Assembly (NCBI GenBank): GCA_949300375.1
Contig: CASGEB010000002.1
Location: 1,816 to 65,815, forward strand
Direction: 5' to 3'
From: an uncultured Pseudomonadota bacterium
Lineage (GTDB): Bacteria > Pseudomonadota > Alphaproteobacteria > RF32 > CAG-239
DNA: 64,000 nucleotides
The translations under genes and the position numbers were made by a program. Positions 57,929 to 64,000 of the stretch are shown one piece after another (the first letter of the stretch is position 1; each line of letters starts with the position of its first letter). The notes under the pieces are model-generated. The model saw only the letters and a list, made by a program, of their open reading frames with translations, ran no database searches and was not told where the DNA came from.

Positions 57929-58503
57929 GTTCAGTTAAAGATGGCATAACGGATGTGGCTCTGGTAACTCTGGGCGGCCCGATCGGCGCCGGATATGTCG
58001 GTTATAAATACGGCGGCGTCAGCGGCGCTTTGTCCGGCGGTTTGCTCGGCGGGCTCGGCGCCTGGAATGCCTATGGCAATTATCAGACTATGCGGCAGCA
58101 AAATGAACAGCTGCGGCTGAAGGAAGAGCAGGAAGCCGAAAATGCCAAGGCCGAAAAAGCTGAGAAAGAGCTAGAGCTGGCGCAAAAACAAAAAGAAATC
58201 CAGGAAAATCTGGCCCGGACTGTCGGCAGCCAGGTCAACCTTTTGGGGGCAACCGGGCAATCAGCCAGCCCGACCGGCGCCGCTTTGGTTAACAGCTCTT
58301 ATGTGCAATCGGCCAAAGACGAAAACTATCTCAGCGATTTGGGAAAATATTACCAGAAGACTTATGACGCCAATGCCGCTTACCGGCAGCGGAGTTATGC
58401 CGCCGCCCGCAAAGCCAACCGTTGGAATATGCACAGTTCAAACATCAACAGTCTGATCGACTTCGGCGTTAAAGCCGGAAAAATGGCAATGGGAGGCTTT
58501 TGA
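57925..58503 (+). CDS. Internal virion protein (Gly-rich N-terminus, coiled coil)
   Basis: 192 aa. Matches a T7 gp13/gp14-like position. Confidence 0.4.
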   Translation: MSSVKDGITDVALVTLGGPIGAGYVGYKYGGVSGALSGGLLGGLGAWNAYGNYQTMRQQNEQLRLKEEQEAENAKAEKAEKELELAQKQKEIQENLARTVGSQVNLLGATGQSASPTGAALVNSSYVQSAKDENYLSDLGKYYQKTYDANAAYRQRSYAAARKANRWNMHSSNINSLIDFGVKAGKMAMGGF

Positions 58504-60581
58504 TGGCGGGAAGAGTTCCGGAATATTTTACCAGAATGCCGAGAGCTGAAGGCGTGCGCCTGGCGACAAACGCTCCGTTTATTCCGCGTCGGCAGATTGC
58601 CGGCAACGTAACGTCGGCCGCCCTGGAGCTTGCCGGGGCGTATTTGGAACAGGAAAGGCGGGAACAGCGAATTGCCGACAACCGGCAATATGAAGAAAGC
58701 TCCATTGCCCTGAATTCGTCTTTGTCGGAAAAAGCCGAAAAATTTCGTTTCAGCCGGGAAAAGTTTGACGCAGCCTGTCAGGAAGAGCGCGAAAAGTTTC
58801 TGGCAGATGTGGCTGAAGACAAAAAGGCGGATTACGGTTTGCTGTTTGACCGGACGGCCGCCCGTTATTCGCAAAATGTTTTTCAGAACGAACAACGGCT
58901 GAACCGGGAAAAACAGACCGCCGTTTTTCTGGATGCCTCCAAGAGGTATTATGACGGGGCAACAACCGCGGCGCGTTCCGGCAATATGGACGAAGCCCAA
59001 TACAATATCAACCGCTTTATGGAAATTCGCGAAAGTTTAATGAATTCCGGCGAAATCTCGGCCGAAAAATATGCCGATATGGGACTGCGTTTTTCCGACG
59101 AGGTTGAAAAACAAAAGGTTTTGGGCGAATTTGACAGCATTAAGCCACAGGGCGACGAGAAAGTCCGGGAATATATCGGCAGTTTTTTGGAGCGCGAAGA
59201 TATGCCGGTTGAGCGCCGGCAGAAGTTTGCCAACGCCATGATGTCGGATTACCGCACTTTTCAGGCCAACAAGGCCCTGACCGGCAGGCAGTTTCTTGAG
59301 CAGGCCGATTTTATTGCCGATGCTGTTTCCCGCGGGCTTGAACCGGGTATTGATACAACGGCCGTGCTCTCCGGACTGGAAGACAGCGGAAATTATGAAG
59401 CGGCCAAAAAACTCCGGCAAGTCATATCGTTAGGCGCCGAAACGAAAGAATTTGTTAAACTTGATCCGGCGGCCATGAAAGCCGAAATTGACGATTTGAA
59501 GAAAAATCCGCAGACTCCGTATGACCTAGCCAGGCTGAGCAGTTTTGAAAAAACAATGTCGGCCGCTCTGACCGAGATCCGTAACGACCCGATGAATTTT
59601 GCCATCAGCCGCAATATTGTTGACGACCAGGCGCTTGACTTTAGCAAACTGACGCCGGAGGCCGCGCAAAAAAGGCTGCAAAATGCCAAGCTGGTTCAGC
59701 AGTATTATCATTTGCCTGCCGCTCCGGTTCTGACCAAAAGCGAGGCAGCCGTTCTGACCTCGGCAATCAATGCCGGGGATGCACGCAGCAATGCGGCTTT
59801 GCTGGCAACAATCAGCCAGAGTTTTCCGGAAAATACCGGAGACATTGTTCGTTCGATTGCTCCCAAAGCACCGCAGTTTGCCCAGGCCGCCGCTTTGTAC
59901 CGGGACAATCCGGCTGCGGCCGTCGATATTATCGAAGGCGTTGATATTATGAAGCACGAGCCGGAATATACGCCTTCTTCCGAGGACGATTTTAACAGCA
60001 TTTATTATCAAAAAGTAAACAATGAGATGTTTTCCTACCTTTCTCCGGAAGGGCGGGAAAGCATCAAAAACACGGTAAAAGCCAATCTGGCAGCCAAAAA
60101 CCGGAAAGACGGCAACACCAAACGCCAGGCGGAAAGCGACAAAATCAACGCGGCAATTAAAGATGTGGTCGGCGAGATTGTTAAAATCGAAATGGACGAC
60201 ACCGGTTTTATTGATAAAACGTTTAAAGTTCCGGCGCCGCAGGGGGTTTCCGGAGATGACTTTGAAAACTGGTTTCTGGGGCTTAAGGATGACGATATTC
60301 CCGCCGATGCCAGGACTTTGACCGGAAACCATATCAGCGCCTCGGATATTGTCGGCCAATGTGCGCTGCGCTACTGGGGAAATGGCAAATATCTGGTGGA
60401 GCATTATCAAAACGGCCTGATTTACCGGGCGGACGGAACACCGCTGGTTCTTGAATATGATGCCAGCCGTGTAAAACCACACGATAAAAACACTGTGGCT
60501 GATGCTGTTTCAAAAAGTCTGGTCTTTACCCCGGCCGGGGTGCCTTTGCTTGCTGCTGCCGTTATCCGGGGAGGCAAGTAG
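58500..60581 (+). CDS. Internal virion or ejection protein, T7 gp15-like by position
   Basis: 693 aa, helical and charged. Overlapping start and stop with its neighbours. Confidence 0.4.
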   Translation: MMAGRVPEYFTRMPRAEGVRLATNAPFIPRRQIAGNVTSAALELAGAYLEQERREQRIADNRQYEESSIALNSSLSEKAEKFRFSREKFDAACQEEREKFLADVAEDKKADYGLLFDRTAARYSQNVFQNEQRLNREKQTAVFLDASKRYYDGATTAARSGNMDEAQYNINRFMEIRESLMNSGEISAEKYADMGLRFSDEVEKQKVLGEFDSIKPQGDEKVREYIGSFLEREDMPVERRQKFANAMMSDYRTFQANKALTGRQFLEQADFIADAVSRGLEPGIDTTAVLSGLEDSGNYEAAKKLRQVISLGAETKEFVKLDPAAMKAEIDDLKKNPQTPYDLARLSSFEKTMSAALTEIRNDPMNFAISRNIVDDQALDFSKLTPEAAQKRLQNAKLVQQYYHLPAAPVLTKSEAAVLTSAINAGDARSNAALLATISQSFPENTGDIVRSIAPKAPQFAQAAALYRDNPAAAVDIIEGVDIMKHEPEYTPSSEDDFNSIYYQKVNNEMFSYLSPEGRESIKNTVKANLAAKNRKDGNTKRQAESDKINAAIKDVVGEIVKIEMDDTGFIDKTFKVPAPQGVSGDDFENWFLGLKDDDIPADARTLTGNHISASDIVGQCALRYWGNGKYLVEHYQNGLIYRADGTPLVLEYDASRVKPHDKNTVADAVSKSLVFTPAGVPLLAAAVIRGGK

Positions 60582-62483
60582 ATGTATGTGGATAGCCGTG
60601 ATCTTCAAAATCTTGCTGTTCAGCCTATCGCTGACAGTGGATATAATAATACTAAAACAGCATTTGAAAGCCTTAAAGACGCATGGTCTGAGCAGCGTTT
60701 TAGCGGCAATGCTTTTTCGGAACAGAATAATCTGCATGACGAGTATGAAGAATATATTGAGGAGATTGAAGCCGCAACCGGAAAAAGCCTTGCCAACCCC
60801 TTCCGAACCGGATGGGGCGAGTTTCTTGTTGAAGACGTCATTAAAGGCACTGCGTACGACCTCGTACGTCTGCCGGGCGCGAGCCGGGACAACGCGCCGT
60901 ATAGTGAAGAAAGCAAGGAAAAACGCGATGCCGAACGGTTGAAAGAATTTTATGCCGAACTCGACGAAATCAGAAAAGAAAACCCCAACCTTCCTTATAA
61001 AAGCTTTGGCGACATTCAAAACAATATTTTGAAAAAAGCCGAAGAATGGCGGAAATATAAGGCTCTGGGCCGGGAAGGCAACGGCCTGCTGGAGTTTATC
61101 GGCACAACGGCGGCGGCAATGACGGATCCGCTCAATGCGACAGCCACTCTTTTGACTGCCCCGCTTACCGGCGGCGCAGGCGGAACGCTGCTTTCGGCCA
61201 TCGGCCGGACGGCCGTGATCGAGGGCGGAATCAATATGGCGGTTGAAGCGGCCAACCAAATTGATGTTTATAAATACAATCAGAAATTGGGCAATGAATA
61301 CACCGGCGGAGATGTTGCCGCGGCGATTGCCGGCGCCGGAATTGGCGGTGCCGCCCTGTCTTCGGCCGCCGTCGGGACTAAAGCCTTGTTGTCAAAGATT
61401 GTCGGCAAGGTCAAAAGCCTGAAAAACAAAGGGTATAAATTTTCGCCGATAGAAGAGGATTCTCTGCGCTTTGCCGAAGACCGCCTGCAGCTGCAGGATT
61501 TTCTTGACCAGACGACGCCTTATCCGCGCGGCGAAATTGACGGGATTTTTCATGAAATTGAGCTGGAGCGGGAATACAGCCGCCTTTTGCAGGCGCAGGA
61601 AAGTGCGGCTCTAGCGCGCGGCTGGGATAAAATTGCCGAAAATCCGCTGGGGCCGACGCACGAGATTTTGGCCAAAATCAGCCCGGAAGATATGGAACAG
61701 GTGGTTTTTGAGCGCGGGGAATGGAAAAAGATTACCGGCGGCGATTCAAAATCCGGTACCGGAATGGTCAAGTTCGTCTGGAAGCATGGAAACCCGGAAT
61801 ATGACAGTATTCCGATTATGAAGTCCGATGTGGTGGATTTTCCCCGGATTGTCCGGGAATTTGAGCCGATGATGGACGACCGTTACGGCAATACGCTGCA
61901 TTGGTCGGTCAAACGGGCGGACGGCGTTCAGGTGATTTATGCCGCGCACAAAGAAACCGGCCGGGATGTCCGCACGATGGTAACGATTCACACCGTCAAG
62001 CCTGATCAGGATTCTGTTTGGAAAGGGATTTATTCTCCGAAAAAAAATGCTGCGCCGGATTTGGCCAAAGAGGCTACCCGAAAATCAGCCAGTGCGGAAC
62101 CGACCAACCGCGACACCTCTCTTACCGATGGTACTACCCAAAGGCCTTACGATCAGCACAATGGGAGTTTGGATGCTTCCTCTGCCCACCGGCTCGGTTT
62201 TAAAGACCGAAGCCAAACTCCAACCTCCCCTGAACGGGACGGCGCAACTGATTTAAATATAACGCCGACTCCGGAAAAAGTCAAGGCCGGCGACGAAATC
62301 CGCTATCCGAAGACTGAAGACATTGAAAGGCTGCTCGCCGACGGCGACAACCTTATTCCTTTGGCTGAAGTGGACGGCAGGCTGGAAGTCCGCTCTGCGC
62401 GCGAGATTCTGGATGAAATCAAAAAAGAAGACGGTTGGATTGATGAGATTACCGACTGCATTGTGGAGTTTGGCGGGAAATGA
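60582..62483 (+). CDS. Internal virion or ejection protein, T7 gp16-like by position (Gly/Ala-rich TM segment)
   Basis: 633-aa ORF. Confidence 0.4.
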   Translation: MYVDSRDLQNLAVQPIADSGYNNTKTAFESLKDAWSEQRFSGNAFSEQNNLHDEYEEYIEEIEAATGKSLANPFRTGWGEFLVEDVIKGTAYDLVRLPGASRDNAPYSEESKEKRDAERLKEFYAELDEIRKENPNLPYKSFGDIQNNILKKAEEWRKYKALGREGNGLLEFIGTTAAAMTDPLNATATLLTAPLTGGAGGTLLSAIGRTAVIEGGINMAVEAANQIDVYKYNQKLGNEYTGGDVAAAIAGAGIGGAALSSAAVGTKALLSKIVGKVKSLKNKGYKFSPIEEDSLRFAEDRLQLQDFLDQTTPYPRGEIDGIFHEIELEREYSRLLQAQESAALARGWDKIAENPLGPTHEILAKISPEDMEQVVFERGEWKKITGGDSKSGTGMVKFVWKHGNPEYDSIPIMKSDVVDFPRIVREFEPMMDDRYGNTLHWSVKRADGVQVIYAAHKETGRDVRTMVTIHTVKPDQDSVWKGIYSPKKNAAPDLAKEATRKSASAEPTNRDTSLTDGTTQRPYDQHNGSLDASSAHRLGFKDRSQTPTSPERDGATDLNITPTPEKVKAGDEIRYPKTEDIERLLADGDNLIPLAEVDGRLEVRSAREILDEIKKEDGWIDEITDCIVEFGGK

Positions 62484-64000
62484 GTGTAACGAAATGTATT
62501 TTGGGCAAAGCAGAAAGCGGCATTATTGACAAAGAATTTGCCGAAGCCAATGTCAAAAAAATTGAGCAGTTCGAAAAACAGCTCGAATTTGTCCCCGGCG
62601 GCAGCATTGAAAAAATGCTGACCGATTTTGCCAACCAGCTGAAGCATCTTTCCGATGTTAAAAAGCTGCAGCTGGTTAAAGAAATCCAGGCCAAAACACG
62701 ACTGGAAGCCCAGATTGCCCAGCATAAAGGCGGCAAGGTTAAAGGCCTGATGGCGACATTAACCCACGATTTGAGCGGAAATTCTGCCGGTTTGAACGTC
62801 GATAAGCTCCGTGAAGGCGTCCGCGCCCAGGCTTTTGGCAATATGCCGGATGCCGTGACCAGGCTTAATTTGCAAAAACTGGGAATGAAACAGGATAAAA
62901 AACTGGCGGAAGATGTTGTCAGAGCCCTTTTCGGCGCTGATGACAACGAACTGGCCGGCCGGATAGGCAAACAGTTTGCTGACACGATGGAGATGCTCAG
63001 GCTGCGTTTTAACGCTGCCGGCGGCGATTTTCCGGCCCTGGACAATTATCATCTGCCGCAAAGCCATGACAGCCGGCTTTTGAACAAAGTCAGCGAAGAC
63101 GAATGGGTGGAATTTATCACGCCTTTGCTTGACAAAGAAAAGATGATTGACCACACAACCGGATGCGCCATGAGCGCAGAAACGCTTGACCGGGTTTTGC
63201 GGGAATCTTACGAAACGCTGCGGACAAACGGCCTGAACAAACTTGAGCCCGGAAAAGGCGGCAAAGCGGCTCTGGCCAACAAATATGCCACGGAAAGCCG
63301 GATTTTGCATTTTAAGGATGCCGACAGCTGGCTGGCCTATAATCAGCGTTTTGGCAACGGCGACGTTTATAAAACGATGGTTGATTATGTTGACAATATG
63401 GCCAACGATATTGCTTTTTTGGAGATTTATGGGCCGAACCCGGAAAAAATGAAGCGTTATCTGGTCGACGAGCTACGGAAAGAAGCCGGGCTCGGCCGTG
63501 ATGAAAAGCTGAAAAACAAGGCAAAATCAGAGCTGCACGCCTTTGAAATTCTGTGGCAGGATGTTTCCGGAGAAACGGCGGTGCCGGTTGACGCCCGGGT
63601 GGCAAAAGTCTGTTCTGAAATCCGCGCCGGACTGACTTCGGCTCAGCTCGGCTCTGCTTTTCTGACACAATTTTCCGACTTTACCTCAAACGCTCTGACG
63701 GCAAAGTTCAACGGTTTGCCGGCCACTGATCTGGCCAAAAATTATATCCGGTTGATGACGTCAAACAAATATCGGGATTTTTCAATTCATATCGGGCTGG
63801 GCGCCGAAGAGGTTACCCGGACGCTTTCTTCTGCCGCCCGTTATGCCGAGGGATTTTTTGAGCAGGGAAAGCTTGGCCGGCTCTCAAACTTCATTATGCA
63901 GGCTTCTTTGCTTGAACGCATGACAATGGCCAGCAAAAAGGCTTTCGGTTTGGATTTTGCCAAAGCGATTGCCGACAATTCAAAAACAGAATTTTCTAAG
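62480..64000 (+). CDS. Large virion protein, 3' end outside the window
   Basis: ATG at 62480 overlaps the previous stop (ATGA). Reading frame stays open to the window end (more than 506 codons). Not in the ORF track because it is incomplete. Confidence 0.5.
   Translation, partial: MSVTKCILGKAESGIIDKEFAEANVKKIEQFEKQLEFVPGGSIEKMLTDFANQLKHLSDVKKLQLVKEIQAKTRLEAQIAQHKGGKVKGLMATLTHDLSGNSAGLNVDKLREGVRAQAFGNMPDAVTRLNLQKLGMKQDKKLAEDVVRALFGADDNELAGRIGKQFADTMEMLRLRFNAAGGDFPALDNYHLPQSHDSRLLNKVSEDEWVEFITPLLDKEKMIDHTTGCAMSAETLDRVLRESYETLRTNGLNKLEPGKGGKAALANKYATESRILHFKDADSWLAYNQRFGNGDVYKTMVDYVDNMANDIAFLEIYGPNPEKMKRYLVDELRKEAGLGRDEKLKNKAKSELHAFEILWQDVSGETAVPVDARVAKVCSEIRAGLTSAQLGSAFLTQFSDFTSNALTAKFNGLPATDLAKNYIRLMTSNKYRDFSIHIGLGAEEVTRTLSSAARYAEGFFEQGKLGRLSNFIMQASLLERMTMASKKAFGLDFAKAIADNSKTEFSK

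Larger units (their letters stand above)
36790..64000. mobile_element. Integrated temperate podovirus-like prophage (T7-like structural module); left end at the tRNA-Lys 3' end, right end beyond the window
   Basis: tRNA target, tyrosine integrase reading toward the tRNA, lysogeny switch, replication, packaging and virion genes all on one strand downstream. Confidence 0.85.

Noticed and set aside
1-64000. CRISPR arrays, rRNA genes, additional tRNAs
   Set aside because: No regularly spaced direct repeats with unique spacers and no rRNA-like conserved stretches were seen. Only one cloverleaf (tRNA-Lys) was found by eye.
36810-64000. attR (second copy of the tRNA-Lys 3' end) inside the window
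   Set aside because: I could not spot a repeat of GGGTTCGAATCCCGACGCGCTCACCA, or a substantial part of it, downstream. The virion genes continue to the window edge, so attR is presumably beyond 64000.

Overview
This window holds about 36.8 kb of host chromosome followed by a prophage of more than 27 kb integrated at tRNA-Lys(UUU) that runs off the right edge.

Host part: the gene order nuoL-nuoM-nuoN-birA-rnj points to an alphaproteobacterium, and the gene content suggests an anaerobic or fermentative lifestyle (adhE, a HydE-like radical SAM enzyme, queH). Recognisable genes are ptsI/ptsP (5' partial), a rodZ-like gene, ispG, prfA, dnaE, adhE, a lone murE, an ABC-F ATPase, queH, a DjlA-like J-domain protein, birA and RNase J. 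Many poorly characterised genes are also present: a Cys-rich lipoprotein bracketed by intergenic repeats, two pairs of paralogous genes, a 509-aa protein with 110-aa tandem repeats, a DUF2934 protein with a Cys/Ser/Lys tail, and unusually divergent NuoL/M/N-like subunits with no nuoA-K nearby.

Prophage part: after tRNA-Lys come a small cargo operon, a tyrosine integrase, AlpA-like and XRE regulators, a divergent cI-like/Cro-like switch with shared palindromic operators, a Toprim primase and P-loop helicase, an iteron-like repeat region, terminase small and large subunits, portal, scaffold, a DinJ-YafQ toxin-antitoxin moron island, and a T7-like structural block. The structural block comprises a gp10-like capsid, a gp11-like tail tubular A, a gp12-like tail tubular B and large internal virion proteins.

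The most unusual single gene is in the integrase-proximal cargo operon: a 117-aa protein whose C-terminus resembles the glycyl-radical tail of class III ribonucleotide reductase NrdD, next to an ASCH-domain protein.

All functional calls rest on motifs read by eye and on remembered family knowledge; no database searches were run.
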